Source: Schmidtea nova (taxonomy: Eukaryota). From it: DNA of 64,000 nt. The stretch spans positions 89,342,001 through 89,406,000 of the forward strand of contig CM097884.1 in the NCBI GenBank assembly GCA_044892505.1, read 5' to 3'. The position numbers and the translations under genes were made by a program. The notes below the pieces were generated by a model. That model worked only from the letters and a program-made list of their open reading frames with translations, did not search any database and was not told where the DNA came from. Shown here piece after piece: positions 1 through 13,205 of this stretch (within the stretch, counting starts at the first letter, position 1; each line of letters begins with the position of its first letter).

Positions 1-2003
1 TATTTTCTTCAGTTTCTTCAACACCTACAAATTTGGCAACAACTTCTGATACTTCATTGGGCATTTTTGAATTGGATTTAAAAAGGAGTGTGAAAAAAGG
101 AATTTTTCAAAACTAAATATGTGGGTGTTTAACCTTCATTTTGCTGGATGCTTCATGCATCTTAACTAGGCTTTTTTCTCCGATCATTCCTTTGCGCTCC
201 ACGCGCATGGGCCCACGATTATTCTCGACAATCGCGTTGGCGCTGTAAATCGCGGCTTTTGAGTGCTAGTAGAAGGGTGAACTGTGTTACTACAACTACT
301 CCCTAATAGTCTTCTCTATATGGGTTCTTTTAAGGCGATATAAGCCCTATGTAATTCCTATAAGCTTCTGTCGGTCTTTCTTTCTCAGCGTTTTTGTTTG
401 TAATACACATATTAGTTCACCATGAATCTAGTTCACATTTTACTACAAGCATTCCATTATGTCAATGACAAAACAATGAAATAAGTACGCTAAATATATT
501 TATTCAATACCAATACATCTAATACAAATTTTATTATTTTGCCTAGGAGATCCAATTCTTCTAGACTATCTAAATAATTGATTTGATCTGACAATCGTGT
601 CTGGAAATCTGTCTGTTGATTCTCTCTTAACTTTTGTCTTCGTTTAGCACTTAAGCGGTTTCTTTTTGCTGTCACTTGTTCTACTCCTTAACGAGATGTA
701 CCAGCTTTCGAGAATGTGGAATTTATCGGCTCTCTAGGGTTATCGGCCTTATGAGTACCTTACAATTCTTTAGTTGTAGGCCTCCACTATATCCGCTCTG
801 ACTAAACTTTTTCTTAGATCCTTTACTACAGCATGTGGAAAGTATGAGTCTTCCAGCTCATGGATATGTAGTTTTACCTCTTCTCAATCTACTCGTCCAA
901 GGCCGCTTGTTTTCGTGCAAATTTACTCGCGGAAATATTCTTACTATTTTTCTATAGTGCCTTATTGTACATCACTACCAAGAAGGAAATCTCAACAACA
1001 AAGATATTTATTCCACTCTAAAAACAAAATCGGCTGACACGTTTATCAGGGCCGTTTGTTTAGCTCCCACTTATGTTCGCACACATTATAGACATCCTTC
1101 AACCGCTCATACTTTTTCTGAACCATTCTCGCTTCTTTTTCTTTCTCTAATTATAACTTTTTTGTAGTGTGACATCATTTCAATATTATAATAACTTCAA
1201 AGTGCATTAATCTTTATTAGGTAAAAGTTTCTCCAAAATGAAACAATTATGCAATGATGTTGAATAGATATTAGTTATCTTCCGATTCTTTCAATGAAAA
1301 AATTGGTCAAAATGAAATGGCAAGAAAATTTTCGTTAACGATAAAATAGACTACAAAATTTTCAAAGGCAATTTTTTTGTTTAAAAGTAAAAGCGTTCTG
1401 CCAAAATTGATTTTTGTATTTATATCATGAATACGTGTATACTATTCAGTTTTGATTGATTCAAATAAATTCTAGAATATTCAACAAAGATTCTTTTTAT
1501 CTTGGAAATTCTACATATTTTTTCTTAAATTACTTTTATTTAAAATTAAAAAAAATCTTATTTTCATAATTTATAATTCTAAATAAATATTTCTATTTCT
1601 CCTTAATTTTATTACTTTTCAATTCTTGTAAGTTTTCAGACTTGCTAATTTTTTAATACCTGGAAATTAAAAAGAATTTTTCTGTTTTTATTACTTTAGT
1701 TTAGTTGATGTTCCATCAGTTTAATATTTTATAAGCTTTTTTAGGATTTTTATCGTTCGAAACTCGACAATTGAATTCAGAATCACTAAACTATTCCTTA
1801 AAATTTATTCAATAAAAATAATAATGACAAATTAAACTGGTTTTCATTTGTTATGATATTTAAACAAATTCACCATCTTTTTTATTTTAAATTTTCATTT
1901 TAAAATATTTTTTAACTTTTTAATTTTTAATTTAAAATCTTTTAGAAATTTTAGAAACTTCCAGCTTCTCTCATAAGCTTCTTGCAGTTTTTCAAATAAT
2001 TCA

Positions 2004-2155
2004 TGTGATAAAAAATGTTTGAAATAAAGCTCGATTCAACGTTTATTCTTTATTACAAGATTCTTTTTCAAATTCTGTTTCTCTTTGAAAATCACTCGAT
2101 ATAAACAAATCTATTTTTTTTTAAATTGATTATCTAAAATAAATTAATTATCACA
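2004..2155 (-). repeat. 3' LTR of the Gypsy element
   Basis: Direct repeat of 5604-5755; TG...CA ends with 8-bp terminal inverted repeat. Confidence 0.95.
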
Positions 2156-2159
2156 TTCC

Positions 2160-5013
2160 CCGTGATCAGTACGACGAATCCAACTCGTAATGATCAAGAT
2201 GAGCCAAGCGCGTGTCTTCTTCACTCTCTTCTGGATTTCCGATGTCAACCTGATTGTCTTCAAATTCGCATTCGACATCGCTGGATTCGATAGGTTGATT
2301 TGGCAACAGTCGGATGTCTGCAACATGACGTGGTACTCCGTCAACCTCTACGTTGGTAGGTGAATTAATGCCAGTGATGATTCCACTGGACCACTGATCA
2401 GTGCATTTGGTCGGAACTGGCTTTATAACAACATTCTGACTAGTTTTAAATTTACTAGATACTACGCGCTCCTCCTCGACATCTCTGTGAAATTTCCATT
2501 GGTACTTAAATAGCCCCTCTGATGGAGCTGTACTCTGATTCTTCGCGTCTTTGGGTGCTATGTTATACCAATAAACAATGTCCCGTGGGTCTCAACGACT
2601 CCTGGCTGTATGGGATTTTATTGTCCGGTGGTTTCTCTCCACGATCCCATTCCCAGATGGACGGTAGGCACATCTGTATGTCGGCTTTACATTCCATTTA
2701 CAACATAAATCTTGTAAAGATTTAGAATGAAAACTAGGCCCGTTGTCCATGAGTAGCTCACGAGGCGGACCTCTCTCTCGAAACACTTCGAGATTTTTCA
2801 CAATATTTTGTGCGTCTTCATATGGTATCCTTCTCCAAATGGCAAATCTGCTAGGCCCACAATCAACGATAGTCAAGAAAATGGATCCTTCGTAGTGCGT
2901 TACATCTACAGCTAGTCTTTCCCAATTTTTATCTACCCCTAATGATCCATTTTCCCACTTAATTGGCGACGGATCGATAGATTTGCATTCAATACACTTT
3001 CTTACCACATTTTTTATGACGTCTCGTGGGGTGTCTGGGTTATCTAACTAATGAAATAAATAGATTTTTCCAGACCAAAATGGTGTTTGTTGTGACGGTT
3101 CCTTGTTCTGACGATAAGCCCATGCAGCCAAAGGACGCTCTAGACTTCAACCACCTCTTTGGAACGCGTGTCAGTATATCTGCTCGGTTTTCCGCTGATT
3201 TCACTAATTCTGTCATTCTCGATAATCTCTTTTATTATTCCTAAGCGACGTCTAATCAGAGTCTCTGAAATTCCATGGACACGAATCTTACATTCATTGT
3301 TAAGAACTGTTCTCAACCAGCCTACTACCGTTGCCGAATCCACCATCAGCTCGATTTTTTTAACGCCCCATTTGATTGCTAAGTTTACGCCTTTAAGAAC
3401 TGCATCAAGCTCAGCGACGTTTATATGGGAATGATCATCGCTTTTCCTGAGCCAAATTGCATCCTCCACGACGTGGACATTTATCACTAATACGACACTC
3501 AGTGCTAAACTGCTAGCATCACACCATAAAGTACAGTGATCCCTGATGTTTACAGTCCAGCTTCCTTTGACTGGATCGTCCAGTTCAATGAGACTCATCA
3601 CTTCATTCAATCTCGATTCGCACTCTGCTCCGACGAGATCATCCCAATTTGTACCATCCACAATTCTCTTGATAAAACTGCAAACCACTCTGAGCCACCC
3701 CGCGACCGGATAATGCCCAATAAACTTTTCACAAATAAAAAACAATTTACGCCGAGTAACTTTACCTTCAATTGGGTCAACTATATTTCCTCTTGACCAT
3801 AACAGGTTACCGTGACGATTGCGTTCAATTTTTAAACCTAGAACCATTGTATCCACTAACAGTTCCGCTGGCTTCGTTACTAATCCATATCGAGCCAAAT
3901 GTTTCTCCACTTCATCGATACTGATCAAACTCGTGTTAACAGCTATTTCATCGATGTAGTGATCTGTCGCATTCAGGATTCGCGAATCGAGACTCAGCAC
4001 CTTTCTCAACACTAAGGACATTATTTTTCGAGTACAACTAAGACCAAATCCTAGTCTTGTAAGATAATACGTCTTCTTTTTGTAGCGAATTCTTTGGAAT
4101 TCCCAAAGATCTTTGCTTACATGCAACTGTAGATAAGCATTTTTTAGATCAAGCATCGATAGCTGTTCTCCCATCTGTCTCCATCGTTTTAGGCTCTCAC
4201 CACAAACATCACTATCGCCAGTGTGACTCTTCATAAATTAATTGAGTTCCCTAAAGTCAAGAACGGGTCGAACTTATCCTTTGTTTTCTTGTATTGCAGC
4301 TAGAAGAGGAAGAATTCCGCAACCGGTTTCTTCAGCGGGGGTTAGCCAGCCTTCCATTATCCATCGCTCTACTTCAGCTTCATATTCTTGTCGCGCTTCA
4401 GGCTTAATTGCGTATTCGGCAACGTTGTTCCGCAATATTGGAGGTTTGTCTTTCCATTTCCAAGATATTGTCCACTTCTCTCCGTCAAAACTTGCAGCGA
4501 AATCCTCATCGTCAATTTTCACTTGTTCTTGAACTAAAGCCGGCATGGATACTCGAGTGCATTCACCAAATTGTACTCCATAATTGTCAATTGAGACACC
4601 CCCCAAGGCGTTCAATCGCATCGAGACCTAAAATAACATCCACTCCGGTTACAAGATTATTACGACATTATTAAGCAATTTAACAAAAAACTTGTTCCTC
4701 GAACAAATAAATGACACTGACTCTCTCCTTCACAGTGGACTCTTCTACCATCTACTGCAACAACAACTCTAGCTTGACCACTTCCTCCTGCACAGATACG
4801 GGAAACAATGGTTTGCGAACATCCAGAATCGACTAGTCCAGTGCACGATTTTCCATTCACTCTGAGTCTGACAAGTACTCGCGCCATCCCTGACATCACT
4901 GAGAAACCGCTGGCGCTCCAGTTTCTCTTCTGGCGTTTCCCTGTGCGTTTGAAGAGCATTGTCTCGACGAATGCCCTTTGATTCCACATGTCCAACACTC
5001 TTGAGAGGGGCAT
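2160..5013 (-). pseudogene. pol: Gypsy pol (protease, RT, RNase H, integrase) broken into several ORFs
   Basis: LVDSGCSQT protease; LDLKNAYLQ and YIDE (YxDD variant) RT; WCDASS...HINVAELDA...VDSATV RNase H; HH-CC finger plus AVDVTH, LLMDNGPSF, GNGIVERNHRTIK integrase. Confidence 0.92.
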
Positions 5014-5587
5014 TTATTTTTGAAATGTCCGGATTTTCCACATCCGTAGCAAAGTTTGACTTCTTTACCCGGCGCAGAACCACTTCCTTTCACTGCAATT
5101 ATACTAGTGGAGCCATTTTGTTCTGATATTAGTGCTCAAGCTTGTCGAACAACTTCTGAGAGGTTCATTTCGAAGATCCTTGCTGAAGCTCTGAGTTGGT
5201 GGTAAACCATTGATGGAAGTCCGACTACAAATGCTCTCTTGATAAGCTCATCATCATTTATTCCAGCCAGCGTAGCTAATCGCTGCAGATCTGCGAGAAA
5301 AACATCAACTGGCTCACCATTCCACAGACGATTGCGAAACGTGTCATATGCCTGAAATCCATCCACCGAAAAGGCATCTGTTAGGTATTTTTCAATTGCG
5401 TCGATGTTTTCTTTGTCCTTCTTTGTCAGGTGATCATAAACAAGAAAAGCTGGTCCATCAAGCAGTAATGGGAGAACGAAGGCCAAATCTTCAATTTTTT
5501 GATGCTCTGCCACTAACTTCAGCTTCTTAAGCCAAGTTGAAAACTCACCTACTCCATCGTAGGGCTTGATAAATTTTGCATCTCCAT
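4896..5587 (-). pseudogene. gag: Gypsy gag with two CCHC zinc knuckles, frameshifted
   Basis: FIKPYDGVGEFSTWLKKLKLVA... capsid-like region; CYGCGKSGHFKNKC and CWTCGIKGHSSRQC; nearest ATG (5587) is out of frame with the main ORF. Confidence 0.85.
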
Positions 5588-5603
5588 TGTAGCCGCGATA
5601 GCT

Positions 5604-5755
5604 TGTGATAAAAAATGTTTGAAATAAAGCTCGATTCAACGTTTATTCTTTATTACAAGATTCTTTTTCAAATTCTGTTTCTCTTTGAAAATCACTCGAT
5701 ATAAACAAATCTATTTTTTTTTAAATTGATTATCTAAAATAAATTAATTATCACA
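5604..5755 (-). repeat. 5' LTR of the Gypsy element
   Basis: Direct repeat of 2004-2155; gag begins within ~20 nt downstream on the minus strand. Confidence 0.95.
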
Positions 5756-7504
5756 ATTCACTTTTCAACCAACTCAAATTGTGTTAGAAAGACTCTTATA
5801 GACATAAAATCAGATATAAATTTTTATGGACAATGAATTTATATTGTATTATAATACAACATAACATTACAACCGATAAAGAAGACATTGAATTTCTGAT
5901 ATTTCCAAATCGCAACCAGTCGTTAATGTAGCTTCGACGAACTGTTTCTTTGATTTCTTTAAAATAATTCCACATGTATTCAAAAGTACAATAATCCAAA
6001 TTTTAAATATATTTTCAATATCTCAAAAAAGAACAATATTCAAAAAAAAGTTAAATAAAATCCAAATTGCACAATAACAAAAAAACAGTTGATACGATAA
6101 AGCATACCTTATTGTTCTAAATTTTGCAAGTAAAATGAGAATGGAAATTACCATAATATATTCTCAAATTTACAATCAAAATACATTTTTTTACATTATT
6201 TTTACATGCTGGGATTTCTTTCCACTATAATCAGGATTTGCCAGAATTAGAATACTTACTACTTCATAGAATAATGTCACGCAATTTCGTAATGAATTTG
6301 TGAGTTTTTCCCGTAGCGGTCCTCTTTTTGCACAAAAGTTAGATTTCAATTAGGAGTTTGAAATTTTGAAATTTGTTTATCGCGTGCTTATTTTTAAAAA
6401 TTAATAAATTAAAATATTATAATTATTTATGTAACCTAAAAATACCAGTAAAACGAGTTTAATCAACAATTTTACCAGTAACTGGATGTTGGTAAATTTA
6501 CAATCCATAATTCACTCTACAAATATTGAGAGGATGCCGGAAGACCAATACTTACGTTTTGCTTCAAACTATAGTTTGAAATATTGTTATTTATTTATTC
6601 CTATCAATAGTTTATACTATAAACTTTAGTTTTTACTTATCAAATACGATATACGGCAGATATACTTATTAGCAAATTGTCGATTTAGATCAATGTTTCT
6701 CAAACTTTTTTAAATTTATGCCAACTTTAACATGTCGAAATTTTAATAACTCGTTTTAAAACATTGATAATATGTTCAAAAATTAATTAACATTGTTTGC
6801 TTTCAAGAGTCTGATATTTGATCCAACTTCAATTAATTAATCAATAATAATTAAGGCTTGTGATATACAACGTTAACACAAAAATTGAATCATTACCGCA
6901 ACATCATTTTTATTGTTCTGTTACATCTGTGATATCTATAATTGATTAAATAAGACAAATACTTTTAAAACTTTTATTTTTATATCAAATTCGTAATATT
7001 AAAATAAACTTAATAGCACGAAGTAAAAATATCAACTTTATTTTATATTAATTAAAAGTTTATAAAAAATAATTAATGAATATAATCAATCCATTAGTTA
7101 TATCATATGTTCCAATTTTGGGCGTACGTTGTGAAACACTGAGGGTTTTTATGGATAATGAAGTCTTATTGCGTATTCTCATAGACATTGTCAAAAACAA
7201 AGATGTGATGTGGTGAATGCTGCTCTTTTTCTGGATAATATATAATTTTATATACCTTATCTTGTTTGTGTTTTAATTTACTTTAACAATAAAAAGGCTT
7301 CACGAATTAATAATAAATAGATATTATTCAAATTTTACAGCAAAATATGATTACAAAAACAAACATTAAATATAAATTATATTGTTTTATTTTTAATTTA
7401 CTTTTAAAATAATCTATTTTAATAAATTTGACGCCACTTTTTACTCTCTCTATATTAACTTCGCGTTTGATTGATTGATTGTGCCACGCATATTTTACGA
7501 CGAC

Positions 7505-7623
7505 AAATTAACCCACTTCCTGTGATAGGATCGAGCTGAAATTTGGCAAGTAGATTCGATGTCGAGAACACTGCATACTATCAAAATTTCAGATTGATCC
7601 AATCACTGAAAGTGGGTTAATTT
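7505..7623. repeat. ~120-bp imperfect palindrome, MITE-like hairpin
   Basis: AAATTAACCCACTT...AAGTGGGTTAATTT outer arms with inner pairings GGATC/GATCC and CTGAAATTT/AAATTTCAG. Confidence 0.65.
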
Positions 7624-10600
7624 AAAAAATATTGATATGTCAAATCTAGCGTTATTTCCTTATTTCAATATAAATTCTTATCTATTCATTAACTTCGGAT
7701 TAATAAGATAACGTAATTATATCTAAAATATGATATATAAGTTTGAATAAATATTTCATAGCATTGAGAACGCATATTGAAATTTCAGTTTTGATAAAAA
7801 TTAAGAGAGTGAAATATAAAGAGTTTTAAAAACTATGTTTTTACGGTTAAATTATTAGAAAATAAATAATGAATCAAAAAGAGTCGCCTAATACAGAATT
7901 AGACTTTATTTATAAAAACTTTTTATTTACTATTAATATTTCAAAGAATAAGTTTTCAGTCGAATTAACGATAAATTCATTAGATTTTGGATTAAATTTC
8001 GATAAACCTTTGATAGATTAAGAACTAATTTGAAAGTTGGAGATCTAACGTATTGACAAAATAAAATAAATAAATAATTGAAAACTGGCAGAAATGAAAA
8101 TTATTGTTACTATAAATCTATATGCTGTCATTGTTTTCACTCAAACACAATCTACATCCATAAAAACCAATCAATTGTAAAATATCTATATTAGTAGTGG
8201 TCCTCATTGAAGTTATTAAACCATAATTTGTGATTGTAGTTCTATTGATTTAAATAAAGTTATTACTGGATGAATTATGATTTTTGTATTAAATGACACC
8301 CTGGAGTCGGATTAATTGCAACCGACTACGTAATTTTAACATTTTCTCTAATTTAATTTAACAAAATAAAGATAAGATGTTTACTGTAAAGATTTACTGT
8401 AAAGATTAACCAACAAAGTAGAAGTTGTAATTTATATTACAATTAATTAAATTGGGATATAATTTGAAAAACCAAGCTGTCATTGAAACGAATGACGTTC
8501 ACTTCACAAATCTGACTCAATATATCATCACAAAAAATATGATTCATATGAACAATATCGACGCCGAACTCACATACTCACACTGTAGTGGGTTGAAATA
8601 AAATAAGTAAGGAAATCATTCACACTTATACGAACCTCCACTCGCGCTGCTACCTGCTGCGTTGAATAGAAACGCGGTCAAAGGTATTTGAAATAAATAG
8701 ATTTTTAATTTATATATTATATTAATAAATAGTTTTTATTTATATTCTAACAAATTTGTACCATTACAAGATTTTATTTTTATGATTTTAATGTTAATAT
8801 ATTTTTATGATTAATGTAATTTCATGACTTCTTTTTATATTTTATATTATATTTATTACTTTTAATAATAAAACTAATTAAAAGCCCTAGGGGCTAATTA
8901 AAATTTTTATTTTGATGATAGGAAAAGAAACTTATTGTCAATTTAAAGAGCACTTCGAGTTCTTATTTTTACTTTTCTTTTCTTTTATAGCACTTCAAGT
9001 TTTTTGTCTAATAAAGCTATTTCCCCATGTTTAATATTTCAGTTAGAACTAATGAAGNNNNNNNNNNNNNNNNNNNNNNNNNNNNNNNNNNNNNNNNNNN
9101 NNNNNNNNNNNNNNNNNNNNNNNNNNNNNNNNNNNNNNNNNNNNNNNNNNNNNNNNNNNNNNNNNNNNNNNNNNNNNNNNNNNNNNNNNNNNNNNNNNNN
9201 NNNNNNNNNNNNNNNNNNNNNNNNNNNNNNNNNNNNNNNNNNNNNNNNNNNAGAAATTGATGAAAATGAACAGTGATTTACAAATATGAAAATCATTATT
9301 TTATTCTCTTTTGTTTCACATAAAGTATCTCAAGTGAAGATTATTTTCTTATGTTAATATTTTGTTTCTCTCGGATGCTATTCAGTTATTTCATATATAT
9401 TTACTTAACTGTTAGTATTTCATTTTTATATATTTCAGTTGTTCAAAGTTAAGGATAATTCAGATATAGAAAATATTAAAATATTGTTGAGGATACCTAA
9501 AATACAAAATAAAATATAATCAATAAAATTACCTGGGGGAAAATTGATTGGATAAATAATGTGATCTTTTGGAGTCTGGATAAGAAAAAGACAATCAAAA
9601 CTTGGAAAATGAGAAGTTGGAAACAGACAAAAGAGATCAAACAAGAAAACAAAAACAAAGGTCATTCCTAATTAATAAGTACAGAAACGTGAAAGGCATT
9701 TGCAAAACGAAAACAAAAACAAGTAGGAAGGTAAAAATTCTGACAGCTTGTCAGATAACAGAAGTGCGGATAAAAGTCGGCCTAAAAAGGAAAAAGGGAA
9801 ATCAAAAATTATCTAGACAGCTGTCATAGATAAAACGGGAATTGGGAGAAAAACACAAGATGTCCGGGAATCAAAATGGAAAAGGGTAATTATCTCAAGT
9901 GCCATAAAATTTGACGCGATATAAAAGGAGAGGCACAGCAGAAGCAGTTAGAATTTTAGAGAGCAGAATTACAGACAGAAGTTGTGAGAGATAGAAAGCA
10001 AAGGAAGAATTAGTTGAATTAGAAGTGAAGAGAATTGTAAAAAAACCCGAAGCAACACTTAAAAAGAAACTTAAAAAAGAGTTGAGAAGAGACAGAGAAG
10101 CAAAGAGATAAGCAATAGGAGCTGATCCAGTTAATAATCGAGTGAAGTTCAACGTAAACCCAAGTCAAACCAAGAAAGCAACCAGTTAAATTGCCAATTG
10201 TTGTATCCCTCAGTAGTGAGTGATTGTTCGAACCAAGATTTTACAAAGGTGCTATTCTTCACCATCGTGTCGTAATAAGCACCGTATAATCAGTTGTTGG
10301 TCTGTTGATTTTGGTCAAGTCAGTGTTAAAGAAAATATTTGTGATATTCAATAATGTTTCCAGTGTTAATTGTTATTGTGGTCAATTAAAAGGTACGATT
10401 TGGAGTCAGATATTTGATTGGTAACTTTTGCCGTTTCACCAACAACCCGTTGCCCAACAATGTGTCCTAAATTTAAATTCAAAAAATTTGCATGAGAAAT
10501 AAAAATTTTGATTCTAAGTCTATATGAGTTGAATCAATAAGCAATTGTTAATTCAATGATATGATAAAATATAATTTTTGGCTATTATAATTTCGGTAGG

Positions 10601-11945
10601 ACTAAGTTCTATTCTGACTCCTTGTGTTCTTTAAAAATCAATGAAGACTCAACAATTAAAAACATTTATTGAATAAGAACAAATTTTTTACAACGTCGAT
10701 ACAATTTCACTTTGAATTTAGATAGACTATCTTAAGGATATCACCCTTGAAATCTGATTGACAAGACACTTCTCTTTAATCACTAGCAATTATTATCAAA
10801 TGAGTTAATTTTTAAAAAATATTTTGTTTCTTCGACCAACTGGTAAATGTTATTGAGATAAGTTAGTTTATATACAATCTCAATCCCATCAATCATTATG
10901 AATTCGACCGATAATACCAATTTTGACATTTTAAACTTCCTTTTGACTGCTCTGATCTGCCATTTTGCCTCTTTCTCCACAATGATTGATGAGATTAATC
11001 TAATGATTAATCAGACTAATTAATTAATCAATTAAATTGAAATTTTCCTCTAGCCCCTCCCAGGGTCCCTAATTTATTCAAAACTATTTTATTCGTTTTC
11101 AACTTTCAATTTGCCACCGATTGCCACTTTTCTCCCTGAAATAAATTTATTTTTACCCTTTTTCAAATTTTATTAATTTTACTAGGTCAGTTAGTAGTGT
11201 CCCTATAAATAAAATAAAATAAAGACAAAGAATTTAATTTTCCTATTATGTTTTATTTAATACAACAATTTACAAAGGTGTATGTTCGAAATTTTGTTAG
11301 ATATTTTACAAAGAACTGGATTCACTGATCCTTGGTGTCTTATTAGCCTGCAAGATTTTTTTTTCGAAAAGAATAAAGATAAAAGAAAAGCCAATGATAA
11401 AACAGAATTACATAGCAAAACAATAAAATTAGTAAAATAAAACAATAAAACAGTTTTATAATCAATGAATTAATACTGAAAAATCGGTAATAGTTAAGTG
11501 ATCACAGAATGTCAACAGTACATACGATCCGTCCACGAATATTGGGCTGATCGTATGCTCTCACAGTTCGGGATCTGATTCTGGGACCATGCACAGATGC
11601 ATCTCGATAGTACTATAGTCATTACTGATGGTATATTCAAGCCAAGCTTTTTCTCTTAATTTCCTTACAAGCTTAAGGTCAACTCTAACCGCTTGAAACT
11701 TTCCATTTAAGGCACTCGAAATAAATAACGAAAATGCCACNNNNNNNNNNNNNNNNNNNNNNNNNNNNNNNNNNNNNNNNNNNNNNNNNNNNNNNNNNNN
11801 NNNNNNNNNNNNNNNNNNNNNNNNNNNNNNNNNNNNNNNNNNNNNNNNNNNNNNNNNNNNNNNNNNNNNNNNNNNNNNNNNNNNNNNNNNNNNNNNNNNN
11901 NNNNNNNNNNNNNNNNNNNNNNNNNNNNNNNNNNNNNNNNNTGAG

Positions 11946-12070
11946 CCTATGTGTGCGCAGTTATATATTTATTGCTCTTTGGTTTCGCGTCCGTGTGCGC
12001 GAATGGTATTTTTATATCGCGTCTGTGTGCGCGTAGTTTGCATATTTCTGCTATCAGCGTCTGTGTGCAC
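11946..12070 (+). repeat. Array of four GCGTCTGTGTGCGC-like motifs spaced ~33-38 bp
   Basis: Copies near 11946, 11985, 12018, 12054; reverse-complement array at 52831-52948. Confidence 0.75.
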
Positions 12071-12162
12071 TTGGATTTGGAGTTTGTTTTATCAAACTAT
12101 TTGAGTTTTTTTTAGTTTTGAAAGGCTTAAAGATTTGAATTTAATTATGGAAAAGATGGACA

Positions 12163-13069
12163 ATGAAAGACGATATTCTTAGGATGTCTTATGGTCCAAT
12201 CGGTAATGCGATTTTTGGGAATTTTAAATTGGATATTGTGAAATATTATCAATCATGTCTGAAATCATTTGAAAGTGCACCTGAAGAAGAAGAAGAAAGA
12301 TATGAAATTGTAATTAAAACAGTCGCTTCATTGAATAAAAATGGTATTAAAGTATGTTTTCATGCAACAATATGTTCCATCATCGAAAGATTTGTTTCTT
12401 CATATCCTACAAGTGAAGTAGTTGGTTCTATATTTAGATCTATCAATGCATATTTGGGTGGCGTAATCATCAGTAAAAATACATCTAGATTATTGGAAAA
12501 AGTTCTTTTAGCCTGTAAATCCAAAGACATTTCTAAAAATGAGATTGTGAGATTTCAGAGTCAAAAATTCTGTGAATATATATGGATACATTATCCGGAT
12601 CATTTAGAAAACAATATCGGTTCGCATATTGTGAGAATGTTTTTCCAGTTTGCATTCGATGTGTATGTAGGATTGGAAGGAAAGGTGTATTCTTCGAAAT
12701 CAGTTGTCATTTCTACACCGATGCAGGATAACAAATATTTAGAAAAATTAAACGACCTAATTAATCGTTTTCTCAGGAGTCCACAAATTGATAAGTTAAT
12801 CACAAATGAATACACGAGTTCTACATTGCTAGCTAAAATGGTAATATGTAAAAGTCATTGCCTGGACAAATTCAATGAAGTAGTTAAACAATCAATGTCA
12901 GTTCGTGGCGAAATGGAGAAAACGAAATCTAATGATAAAATCCAAGCATTGTCTGGCAGTAACGATGTCATAGTTCGATTTGACGATTCTCCCGAAATCC
13001 TCTCGAAAGCCCATTTGAATGTTGTTTATTTAGTTATGGAAACAAATAAAAATTATTATTTGGCCGTTC
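12163..13069 (+). pseudogene. NOP9: Intronless NOP9-like (Pumilio-repeat nucleolar protein) N-terminal region, cut off by a gap and a hAT element
   Basis: LDIVKYYQSCLKSFESAPEEEEERYEIV, SKNTSRLLEKVL and NNIGSHIVRMFF resemble NOP9 N-terminal repeats; ~300 open codons; C-terminal half absent; recognised by eye only. Confidence 0.5.
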
Positions 13070-13205
13070 NNNNNNNNNNNNNNNNNNNNNNNNNNNNNNN
13101 NNNNNNNNNNNNNNNNNNNNNNNNNNNNNNNNNNNNNNNNNNNNNNNNNNNNNNNNNNNNNNNNNNNNNNNNNNNNNNNNNNNNNNNNNNNNNNNNNNNN
13201 NNNNN

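Larger units (their letters stand above)
2004..5755 (-). mobile_element. Compact Ty3/Gypsy-type LTR retrotransposon (3752 bp), full length, coding region disrupted
   Basis: Two 152-bp LTRs that read as identical (2004-2155, 5604-5755), TGTGATAA...TTATCACA termini, 5-bp TSD ATTCA (1999-2003, 5756-5760), purine tract GGGGAA next to the 3' LTR, domain order gag-CCHC-PR-RT-RH-IN. Confidence 0.95.

Noticed and set aside
1-1150. Decayed coding-like minus-strand sequence including the 61-aa ORF 490-675
   Set aside because: Many stops and no assignable motif
6200-6306. Possible ACADS 5' exon (DLPELEYLLLHRIMSRNF) before a GTGAGT
   Set aside because: Spacing does not fit LPE...CRDF and no matching start or acceptor
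9430-10500. Lysine-rich ORF pieces with a possible PHD-like tail
   Set aside because: Might be a decayed transposase end, but no catalytic motif is recognisable
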